DNA from: Marsupella aquatica
Taxonomy: Eukaryota; Plantae; Marchantiophyta
Assembly: GCA_973895155.1 (NCBI GenBank)
Contig: OZ316895.1
Location: 14,008,225-14,072,224, forward strand
Reading direction: 5' to 3'
Length of the DNA stretch: 64,000 nucleotides
The translations under genes were made by a program, and so were the position numbers. Under the pieces are notes generated by a model. The model did no database searches and was not told the origin of the DNA. It worked only from the letters and a program-made list of their open reading frames with translations. Every line of letters begins with the position of its first letter. Position 1 is the first letter of the stretch. Positions 37,489-49,010 of the stretch are shown here, in pieces.

Positions 37489-40400
37489 GCTAACAAATTT
37501 GGCAATAAATGCGAGCTGGAATTTGCTTCTTGCTGCTGCAGAAGTCTGTAATATTTGATCCCACTATGCCACCTTTCAGCATTGGCAAATGCTCTTACGA
37601 CGATAGAATATGTAACAGAGTCCGGAACAAAACCATTCGCTTCCATTTCCAGCAGTAAACGCTCTGCCTCGTCACACTCGCCTGCTTGACCGAAGGCATC
37701 TATAAGTACCGTATAACTCCTGACATCAGGCCGGATGCCAGCTTTCAGCATCTCTTGGAAGACATCTTGTGCTTCCTGCAGTGTCACACATCTGAAAGCT
37801 GAGACCACCAACTCATACATACAAACATGGCATCTTACACATCCAATCTTCGTCACATCACTGAAGAGAGCACTGCCGATTGATAAAGCACCCTAGTTTA
37901 TCCAACCCTCTTTCCAAGATAGCGAAGGCCCACGAATGCCAAACAATTTACCTTGTGCATGCCATGACGAGAGTAGCTATGGATCAGTCCAGAGTAGACC
38001 GTAACGTTTGGTAAGCAACCCGCCCCAGACATTTCTTTCAAGGTCTTCTCTGCTAGGGCATGGAGGCCCAACCGACCATACAAAGTCATCAGTGTACCAT
38101 ACGTCACAACGTTTGGCCGGTGCCCAGCTTCTTGGAGGTCACAGAATAATTGCATTGCCTCGTCAACAGTTCCATATTTAGCTGTTGCATCAAGAAGGAT
38201 GTTATAGGTCCATAGATTGGGTGGACATCCATTAGATGCCATTCTTTCAAAAACCTCCTTCCCCTTTGCAAGATGGCCGGCTTTGCAGTATGAATAAATT
38301 AGTGTGTTGTAGGTTACCTGCATATGCCAAATAGTGAGTTGAGTATACAGACTCTACGTTTGAGATTTGTATTTCTACCCGTGCATGTCATTGGTAATTG
38401 CCTCGAATGCTACAAAAGTCTGACACTATAAGTACACTAACAATCCTTTCTCTAAGAGAGTGGACCCCAGGGAAAACAACCACAACGTCCTCACATAGGA
38501 ACGCAAACAGAACACGTGCTCTTTGAACGCAAGCTGCTCAAAAAGGCATTGAGGTCCTGGTACAAAGCAATGATCCTAACATTCTCAATAGATGGGATAC
38601 AGAGAGACATACTCGATCGGGAGAAAGACCCATCCTTTGCATGTCACCAATAACATTCTCCGCCTCAACGAAGAGCTCTCCTCTTCCGTAGAGGTCAATC
38701 ACAGTATTGAAAGTATACAGAGTTGGAAGACAACCTACGTCTTCCATCTCTTTGTACAAGCTTGAAGCCTTGTCGTACAAACCTTCGTTAGTGTAAGCTT
38801 TCAGCAGAGAGTTGTATGTCCACGAATTCGGTTGGCAACCATTGTTCTTCATCTCTGTGAATAGCTTCACAGCTGTGTCCAGGTTTCCAGCTTTACCATA
38901 GGCATTCACAAGACTTGTGTATGTCACCAGGTTTGGCCGAAAGTTATCCTTTCGCATCTCGTCAAGAACAAGACTGGCCCGTTCCAAGTCATCGCCACTG
39001 ATACATGCATTAATCATACAATTATACGTGGTATCATCACGTTTTATCCCTTCCTCTTGCAGAGCCTTGTACAGAATAACTGCCAGGTCAAGTTTCTTCA
39101 TACAGGCATGAATCAATGTGTTATACGTGATAATGTTGGGACTGCACCCTTCAGATAGCATGAGCTTGTAAACATCCCAAGCCTTATTCGTCAAGCCTTG
39201 TTTCTGGTACCTGTCAAGTCCACATCAACGGCAAAATTATGCTCCAGATCCTCACAAGTGGCCCTTGCGCCATAACCACAAACTCGTTTTTTCTTTTCTG
39301 GTAGACCCTGTTTCAAGAGTGTCCACCAGATGGTCCTCATCTATAAAACAAAGCTAAGGGAACCATGTGACAATCGAAACTTATAGTCTATAAAGCTTCG
39401 AAACTGATCCAGAAGTACCCGGAGATAATTGCAGTATACGTCAGCACTGTTGCAGTGATTCCCGCCCTCTTCATGCTATCAAAGATTTCCCTGGAAAGAG
39501 CAAGTTTTCCGTCTCTGCTGAGAATTCCAATGATAGTCAAGTAGTTCCGCTCAGTGAGCTCACAAATCTTTTGGTTCTGCAGGAAGCGAAACACTTGAAA
39601 TGCTTTCCCCCGCGCTCCTCTGTGTTCCAATTGCTTCATCAGCTGTCCAAAATAAGAGTTTCAAGCACCGTCATTAGAAATTTGTAACGAAATCATACAA
39701 ACTGCCCAGCCCATCTGAGCACATGGTTCTTGTCTGACGAGCCAAGAGGGACCCCAGAGAAGAGACATAAAAAGGAAGCACATACCCAGAATTCAATTAG
39801 CAACTAACTGAATTAGGTGCTCAATTTCGAATATACTTCCATAATTCCTGCTAAGTGAGCTACGATGTTTTAGATCCTCACATCGGTGTGTTCTCCGAAT
39901 GAAAGCAGCATTTAAGCTGGAAGTGAGCTATGGAGTTGTTGCCCGTGAGAACTAGAGAATGAAGTGAGGTGGTGGGAGAAAACGTTCCTGAAATTTTCAT
40001 CTTTCAGTCCACTGCAAACGTTAGGAAAGTATAACTTGCCTGATCCCAAAGAGGAGGCTGATTTCCGAAGGATTCTGCAGTTCTCCTGAGGGCATTGAGA
40101 GCTTCTCCTTCAGTTTGCTTCGCTATGAAATCAATCACCGCCTTGCTTACCCTGTTTTCCACGTCATCACTCTTCCTTTTGCGCCAAATTGACTTGGATG
40201 CCGAGCTTTTGACTGGGAAGGGCTTAGTCCGCATGGGTAGAGATTTATCGTCCCCGGGCCGTGGTTTGCCGTTTCTTTCCTGTTTACTTCCAACTCTTGC
40301 CATCTCACCGAATTTACTAGCTGTCGAATGTACAGGCTGCTCACAGGCAGGCCCATCCCCACCATAGACCGAGTTACTCCGTCCTCGTTCTAGGTGCAAA

Positions 40401-40639
40401 CTTTCTTCCACAGATTTCGGCATTTGGGATGGTGGAGAAGTTAAAGGGCTGATGTCGCCCACTTCTTGCAAGCTGTCGACGTGATCCACATTCTTGCCTG
40501 GTGGGTGTGCTGCGGGAGACAGCTTCAATGTTGCAACCCGGGGTTTTGAGAGTTGCTCGGGCGGCCATGGTCTTGGTGCTGAAGCTGAAGCAGGCCAGGG
40601 CGAGGAATTCGAGACTACGGGACACCACATTTGCACCAT
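37446..40639 (-). CDS. P-class pentatricopeptide repeat protein, probably organelle-targeted (5 coding exons)
   Basis: Many 35-aa repeats (PNIITYNTLI, PNLVTYTSLV, PNSWTYNSLL, PNVVTYGTLM, PDVRSYTVLI). Exons approx. 40639-40040, 39642-39419, 39210-38612, 38317-37952, 37775-37446. Ser/Pro-rich N-terminus. Confidence 0.9.
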
Positions 40640-42264
40640 TCAAAAACTCCTGGTCATAATTCGGATCCGAGAGCAGCACCGACGATAATAGGTGGGTCTG
40701 CGATCATGCCCAACAACATCAAGAGCTCCAACGAGATGATAACAGAATCGCGACCCCTGCACTGCACTGCACTGCTCTGCTCTGCTCTGCTCTTCTTGGC
40801 CAAACGCAAAATCTCGTCGCTCGGCTGATTCTCTTGCTCCTCTTGGGTGGTGCATGCTAATCACCTTCTGCCTCGTTCATCTCAAGCAGATAAGGTTTTT
40901 TCTCCTCACCCACTGAGCTGGTTGCGATTAGTCGTGTACCGAGATTTGCTACTCTACATTTGCCACTCCTTTCTATCCAAACCATAGCCTCAGTAGAAAG
41001 AAGAAAGTGGTCATAATCTACAAACGAGCCAAACTAAGTACAAGGATGGGAAAGCACAAGAGATCCAAAGCTTACAAATACTAAAGAAGAGGCAAATGCA
41101 AACCCCAACAATCTAGAAGGAGGAAAAATACAAGAATGGGGAGAAAAGAGTTACTACTGCTACGGGTTAATGATCCACTTGATACAAGTCTAGTGCAAAA
41201 GTGTAATGAGCCAATGGTCGTAACTATGTCTGCAAGTGGAACATGGATGGTCTCTAAGGGGCACACAACCCAACCAGAAACACCCTTTGCAACCCTTGAC
41301 ATTCGGTTGGGTCTCTTACTTTGCTCCCATTCCGCCCGCTCCTAATTGTCTGGCCCACTCCCCGATCCTCCTTGGTCAATGGTGAGAGAGGGTGTTGAGG
41401 CTAACTTGAGGACAATAATTACTCTCTGATGCTGAAATACTCACAAGATGTTGATATGATTATTCCAAACCAACCAGAATTTGCAATTGCACCCCCCCCA
41501 AATTGTCTATTTGGCGGACATATGAAACAATATGTACACAAGAGTCCACTATAATCTAATGTTGAAACATAACCCAGTTTGCCATGTACCACCAGTCTAA
41601 CCAACCCCAGTTGCTAGCCATGTGGATAAGTACACAACCTAATAATGGGAACCTTATTCTTGCCATTGGGAGTGTCAAACGATGTCCTCCCATGGGCTGC
41701 AAGTGTGCAAAGGACTGTAGGGGTTGGTCTGGCTGGGTCAGTAGCATATTAAATTTAAATAAATTGATTCGTGTATTTACCACCTGCCAAGCTTGACCCA
41801 ACTGCCTCTCCCTTGCAAGGATGTTTCCTAACAGGGGACCACTAATGAAAATGATGCTCCTATGGATGGAGCCTGTGAACCCTGGAGTGCTTATAAACCA
41901 TGACACATTTTACATTTTCACTCATTTACACCCTTCCTGTCTCCAACAAGTTTTCAATATCTCCCTTGATATCTAGCAGAATTGGCTCTTCTTGGGCTAG
42001 TTAGAAACTGCTTAGAATGATCTTTCCACTTCAAAAAATACCTCTAGCTTACATAAAGAATTGATGGAATTTAAGATAACTCCATCATTCATTGTGCACA
42101 CTTGGCATCTTCGAAGTTTTTGAGAAGCTACACAGCTAACTTTTACATTCACTATCTACCTTGGAATCTTTTTGGGTTTGTTAGAAACGGCTTCAAAAGA
42201 CTTTTCCAATCAGCCTAATATCACCAATTTTTTTATAAACCCAGGCAAATTTCCAGAGAAAGTG

Positions 42265-43400
42265 TCTCTTTTTCTTGCCACATTCACTCATCCTTATAAT
42301 ATGTACTATCTGAGCAGCTCTTTTTCTTGCAACAGTCACTCATCCTTATAATATGTACTATCTGAGCAGAAAACAATTGTTCATTACTGTCCATCTGGGT
42401 TGCAAAATTCTATCCAAGCATTATGTCAGTATTTTGGCAAACTAGCTTCGACTACCCATTCTTTGAACGTGAATAGCGGGGAGGACAATAAAAATGTCAC
42501 CAATTCCTTATTCACATATTTTGAAGGTTAATGAAATGATAAAAAAATGATCATGCATATCATCATTTTAATAATCAGACATAACATATCATAGTACTCT
42601 TTTCTATGCATATCCCTAGTTTTTCTATCCTACATCCCACTTTTGCACATATAATATGGTGGGGCCATAGAGATCAGTTTTTAATATAAATAGAAATCAT
42701 AACAAAAAGCAGTCATGATTATCATTTGACATGACATACATCATAGACATCAATTTTCTCATCATTTCACATGATGAACCATGAAGTTACGGTCTAGAAG
42801 CTTCACTCTTGAAGCCTAGGCCCCAACTCTAGCTTGTAGTTGCAGATTTATAACTAAGATGTGTCCATTTGGGTTGCAATGGGTTGCAAACGTCTATCCA
42901 AGCATTATGTCCTAGAAACTTCACTCTAGAAGCCTAGGCCCCAACTCTAGTTTGTAATTGCAAATTTATAAATAAGATGTGTCCATCTGGGTTGCAATGG
43001 GTTGCAAACGTCTATCCAAGCATTATGTTAGTATTTTGGCAAACGTGGAGGTCCATCCATGCTTCAAATTCTGCCACTAAGGTAATAAGGTTCTGCCAGG
43101 GGTCCCATCAAGCCTATTCCCACTAAGGTAATAAAATTAATTAATTAATATTTTGTTCTGACCTTAATGAGAGCCGCCTCTGCCCAAAGTCTCCAGAGCA
43201 CAACACAGTTGCGACAAGTAGACAAAAAATCGGACAGGTCGCAATGTCTCAGGAAACATTGGAAGCAGAGACACCTTGCCACTGTTGTTGATCAATAGAG
43301 GTATACTAGTGGGCCAAGGTTTATTCTAAACATAGAGACACCTTGCCACTGTTGTTGATCAATAGAGGTATACTAGTGGGCCAAGGTTTATTCTAAACAT
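42265..43400. repeat. Tandem duplications (~52, ~120, ~66 bp units) in intergenic DNA
   Basis: CACTCATCCTTATAATATGTACTATCTGAGCAG x2; CTTCACTCT.GAAGCCTAGGCCCCAACTCTAG...AAGCATTATGT x2; AGAGACACCTTGCCACTGTTG...CTAAACATAGA x2. Confidence 0.75.
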
Positions 43401-44530
43401 AGACTCCATACCAAAGATCTTTGGAATGAATGTCAATAACTCCAAATTTCAAGGAGCCATTGAATGGAGCAAAGTTTGGAAATATTTGGACCACCACTCT
43501 GGGGTGGTCTTAACTTCTATACAAAACAAAGAACTCCACATCAATAATTCACTTGGGCCCACTGTCTGCCCTGTATAATTGGTAAGCACCTACTGTACCT
43601 GAATTGGCCCCCAAGTTCGTCTCATTGCATGGTCTAAATTTGATCTTCTTGTGAAGCCAACAGGAGGTTCTCATTTGTTACATCATCTAAATTTGATTTT
43701 CTTGCAAAGCCAATGGGGCAGTTTCCACTCAGTACATGGTCTAAATTAAATCTCAGAGGGAATGTGCCCCCCCTAGTCTTGTAAAGCCACAGAGCAGTCC
43801 CAATTGAGAACCCTGTGTAGTGATTAGACAAAATTTCAATGAACCCTTTGGTCAATGTCGTGGTGCAATTGTTGCTCTCGTACTTCCCTCTATGTCACGG
43901 CAGAACATACAACTCCGTCGTCCTCTACAAAATGGCTGATCCCTTGATGTCTGGGATGCGCAGTCGAGCAATTTGTACCTAGGTGCAGATTGTGTGGCAT
44001 AAGAGATGCGTTGAACCGATGAAGGCTGGCTGAGCTCTGGATCCAGTCTCGGCAGTCGTTCAATAAAAGATATGCCCTGTTCAATAGAAATTCGCTAGCA
44101 CCCAGCCTCAGCAGGCATGTCCAACTTATCCATGGAAGTATTTGGCGGAGACTCAACCCTTGGACAGTTGGACGGCTAATTGAATGGGCCACCGTGCTGT
44201 CAGATTTCGTACTCCTACCCCACTTTATTTCATGTGGGCACGAGGATCAAGTCTACGGCGGATTTGAGTGGAGCATTATTGAGAATTCGATGTGGGCTGC
44301 AGGGTGTTTCTTTCCTTCAACCTCCATCCACTACGTTCCACAAGCCCTCAGGTTTCTAACGTTGTGAGGGATCATACCGTAAGTTTCCTATTTGCGGTTC
44401 CCTGTGACAATGGCAGCTAAACTCTGTATATTGGAGGGATTCACGTAAAACAGGTCTCCGACCTCTGCAGGTTGATGATGACAAGGTTAGGCCCTGCTGT
44501 AGTTTTGCATCTTAGAGTGGTCTGATGAGG

Positions 44531-46430
44531 TCACTGCACGAAAACCAGTTTGGGCGGTCTTTTAAAGCTCTGGGATTCTGGGAAAACTTGAGCAGAGGCC
44601 CTGGCAGCCCCTCTGTTCATCAAAAACCGCAAGATGCCACCATAATTCAGAGAGGCAGCAATATTCAGCGGGGTGGCACCTCGGACGCTTTTCACGTTCA
44701 CATCAGCACCCTTTGCGACTAAGAGGTGGACGACTTCCTTGTGCCCTGCCTCTACTGCACAATGGAGAGGAGTGTGGCCTTCCAGATCACGGCTATGGAT
44801 ATTCGCCCCGTGTATCAGAAGCTCTCCCACTACGCCCACATGACCTTTGAATGCTGCACAGTGCAATGCAGTCCACCCATACTGGTCCCCAACGTTGATT
44901 TGAGCCCCCTTCGTGAGGTACTTTCGCACAAGTCCGAACTCCCCCTTTCGGGCTGCCGTGAGCAGCCCATCTCCTCGTTCCAGAGCATGGATGACTGCAC
45001 TCTGTAACCAAAAAATCAGGAAATTCCAGAGCTACCATAATTAGCAAATAATCAAAACTACTGTAGAATCCAGAAGCACAGGGGCACTTGAGAACCTAGT
45101 GTCTCTCAGGAAGATGGTGGTCCGCTGCTTCTGTCGGTGGAAGCTGTCAAAAGTCTGGGTGGAAGTATGACACAAGGCCAGAAACAACTTATCCTAGACG
45201 AGTTCGTAAGTGCAGACACATTTCCGAGGTGGGGGTGAATCAAATGGCGTTCTATTGTAGCTAAAGGTCTGAGGTTGAAGGCCCCATTGCTGTGGCTGAT
45301 CAAGGGCCTTGGTAAGCCATGGCAAGGAGATGGGCCATACTATCGACGGGATGTTGGCAGGAAATCTCGATGGAACAGGACGAAAGACAGAAAGACGGGG
45401 TGAAAGGTTGAGCACTCACATGGCCCTTTTCTACAGCGATGTCGTAAGGCGTCTTCCCTTCGACAGTTTCGATACTCTTCTTGGCACCCGATTCCAAAAG
45501 CAGTTCCACTAATTGACTATCATCTTTGGCTGCCGCGCGATACAGAGCCGTCCTGCCATCGTCACTTCTGGCATCTTTGTCAATGCCCGCGTCCAGAAGC
45601 AGCATCACGCAATCAACGTGCCCTTCGGTGACGGCAGAGTGGAGCGCGGTTCGGCCCTCGCTGTCCCTTGCTTCCAAATTCGCGCCCCTTTCAATCAACA
45701 GCTTGAGAATGTCTAGGTGATTCCACGAAGCGGCCAGATGAATTGCAGTCCAACCACGAGGATTTTGAGCTTCTGTGTTGGCTCCCCTCGCCAGCAACGA
45801 GCTCACGATATCAAAATGCCCCATGTAGACCGCTTCAAGCAGTGCTGTCTGCCCACTGTTGCTCATCACGTCCACAGTGGCCCCTGCCCGCAGCAACAAG
45901 TTCACCATCTCCACATTTCCGCTAGCGGCACCAATGTGAAGTGCCGTTCTTCCATTGTCATCAGTCTTATTGGATAAGCTCTGCCTGCCAATCATGTACT
46001 TCACAGACTCCACTTCCCCCTTGGCCACCATATGCCGCAGAAGGAACGGTCCCGTGTACACCACCCTCAGCTTGGCGTCCAGGAAGATATGCTTCTTGCG
46101 AGTGGCGAACCATTCGGCCGGCACTCGTTCTTCCAGACTGCCCCCTGGAGCCATGGCCGACTTGAGCAGAAACTTGTCTTTGCTCACAGGGAAAAACTCT
46201 GGGAGCTCAGTCTGTGGAAGCAAGATCACATCGAAGGAGTACTCACCTAGAGGAGGAATGAATCCATTCGGGGGCTTCACAGAGAACCTCTCGGGGCACG
46301 TCGTTTGCACCTTGAAAGCCACATGCATTGTGTGCATAAGATTCCTGAGCTTGATGGAGGCACGGCATTTCGTCCGCAACTCAAATTCAATCCTTACCTC
46401 TGTGTCCAAAACTTCTAACAGCTTATCCAT
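44531..46430 (-). CDS. VAPYRIN / VAPYRIN-like protein (MSP/VAP domain plus ankyrin repeats), 2 exons, ~493 aa
   Basis: N-terminal MSP domain LRNLMHTMHVAFKVQTT...KPPNGFIPPL...DKFLLKS, followed by repeated G.TALH ankyrins. Exons 46430-45420 and 45001-44531 are joined by a GT-AG intron. Confidence 0.85.
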
Positions 46431-48239
46431 TCCTTTGTTTCCTCCTCCTCTTCCCTGTCAAATGGATGGACAACTACCCAACCACCGCCTCACAACAACA
46501 CAGGTCTACGATGAATTCCCTCCCGTCCCAATACTCTCATACTCCAACGAATGAATGATTGCCTCCACTAGCAGCAGCAGCAGCAGCAGCAGCAGACGTG
46601 CGAAACCTCCAACGTCATTCTGTTGCTAAGAGATTAGCAGACGTGCGAAACCTCGAACGTCATTCCATTGCTAAGACATTAAGTTTCCCCCCAGATTCGC
46701 TCGAACTCAAAGCGGACGAAGCTGTCTATGCTGGAGGTGGATCCCAAAGGTTTCCCACTCCGATCTCTTCTGAGCGTCTCTTCCGGCAGCAGGCGGAAGG
46801 ACTATAGTATTATACTTCCGAGCTACTCTTATTCTCGAATTCCGTGATTGATTCTCTTCCAGAAGTTGGGTATTGGGGTACCCGCCCTGTCCTCGATCTG
46901 TTGGGTTCCATCTACGCCAGAGGAAGGTTCGGCGTCGAGAATGTATTTGTTCCTGCACTCATTCATCGATTTCCGGCAATTCATACTCAAGCATTTGACT
47001 GTCGGAATGCGGGATTGCCTGGGGACTGCACTGATTGATCGAATCCCGACAATTCACACTCAAGGATTCATTGCGACTGCACTACTCATTCATCGATTCC
47101 TAGCAATTTCACACTCAAGGAGTGAATGTCGGATGGCAGGATTGCGAGAACAGAGTCGTTGCCTGCCGACAAGAATTGAGGCTGTTGGCATACGACGAAA
47201 GGCCGGCAGGCAGCCACAGTCCAGGGAGAGCGACAAAAAGGAATTGTGTCAAGAATTATTATTAGCGATTCGAGAGGAGAGGAGAATGCCCACTATATTT
47301 AGCTTAATGCACTCCTTTGGAAGATTCTACTCTACAGTAGTTTTTAATTCGTTCTTATTAATTCACTCGTTTGGAAGATTCTCCTCTAGGTATACTGACC
47401 TTTTTAGGAAAAATAAAAATAGCATTTATGGGCAATGAAGCCTCTCAAAACTCTTGTTTTTTCAGGGCACCGTGTCACACAATGCCCTGTAAACACTACC
47501 TTACTTATACGCCCTCTATATATGCAACCCCAACAAAACTAAAGTCTCTCAATCAGAGACATTAACCCAAAGGCACTGGACCTAATAGACGAGGAAGCAA
47601 AGGGAAAACCTGGAAGACCAAGGAACTGATAAGCCTACGAGTCCAGTGTGAAAGTCCCCCACAACTGTGCAACAAAAACCCAACGCCTTACTATTGGGCG
47701 GCAATTGAAAAACCTGGTAAAGCTCCTGAACAAACCATGTAGAAGGGAAGGGTCGCACAGAGTAATTTGGAAGAGGCTACTAACAACCTCGGCCCTACAA
47801 AGCATAGTGGATGTCCAAGCCTTTATAGTGTAATAGACACCTCCCAACAAAAAATGATTGTGAGGACAGAAAGCCAGGGTTAAGGTCACTGCTCTATACA
47901 AAGATCACGCATGTTGCAGACCGTCCTCTTCCCAAGGATCCCTTTTGCCTTATATCCTATATGTCAAGCTTTGTAATGGGCCGCACACATATGGGTCCAA
48001 AGGCTTAGCTATAGACTACGGGTTCTGAGCGCATAGAGTAACCAGTGCCCCTCAAGATCACAACCCTTATTGTGAGGTGAGCTTTGAAAGCCAACCAACC
48101 TCCCCATACTTCCACTTAGTTGGCAAGCCAACTTAAGGCTTTCTAGCCAAGTGGAAGTGGGGTGTCTCAGATACATCACGCGCGAGTAGCACTTCAGATA
48201 GCGCAGGATCTAAGTTACTTCCTGGTTACTTACAACAGT

Positions 48240-49010
48240 GTTGCCCAAGATGTCATTAAGAAAAAAGTTGTCGTGTCGCTCAAGATGTTAAGCCGTGAAG
48301 AAAAAAGATGTCATGTCGCTCAAATATCATTAAAAAAAAGATGTTGTGTTGCCCAAGATGTTGCTAAAGAAAAAAATGTCATTAAGAAAATAAGATGTCG
48401 TTACGTGAAAGATGTCGTGAAGTAAAAAGATGTCGTTAGAAAAGAAGAAGTCATTTTGCCAAAGATCTCTCGTCACCCAAGATGCCGTCAAGTAAATAGA
48501 TGTTGTGTCAATTGCCAATGATGTTGTTAAGTATAAAGATGTTGTTAAGTACAAAATGATCGATAAATAAAGTATGTCGTTAGTCAAAGATGTTGTGAAG
48601 TAAAAGATGTTGTTAAAAACATCTTGGGCCCGATACCTGCGCGTTGCACAAAAGGTTTTGAGGTGAGAAAAAAGATATCGAGGTGAAGAAAGGTATCCAT
48701 GAGGTGAAAAAAATACAGAGGTGAGGAAATGAAGTTGGGGTGAGAAAATATGTTGAGGAGAGAAAAGATGTTGACCTGAAAAACATATTTCAAGATGAGG
48801 AAAAAATGTTGAGAAGAGAAAATATATCAAGGTGAGAAAAGATGTCAAGGAGAGAAAGGATGTACAGGGTGGAAAGAAAAACAGTGGTGAGATCAAGATG
48901 GCCAGATGAGAAAAAGATGGCAGTGCAAGGAAAAGAGAATGAGGAGAGATAAATATGTAAATATTAGAAAAATATGTCAAGGCAAAAAAATATATCAAGG
49001 GGAGAAAAAA
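48240..49010. repeat. Degenerate A-rich minisatellite (AAAGATGTYG / GAGAAAA..ATGT units)
   Basis: Dozens of decayed ~18-20-nt units; explains the spurious F/L/S-rich ORF 48330..49013. Confidence 0.7.

Noticed and set aside
45955-46554. 199-aa plus-strand ORF (and similar antisense ORFs over RsmE, PPR, gag and the Myb ORF)
   Set aside because: Antisense shadows of real coding sequence, with no independent motifs.
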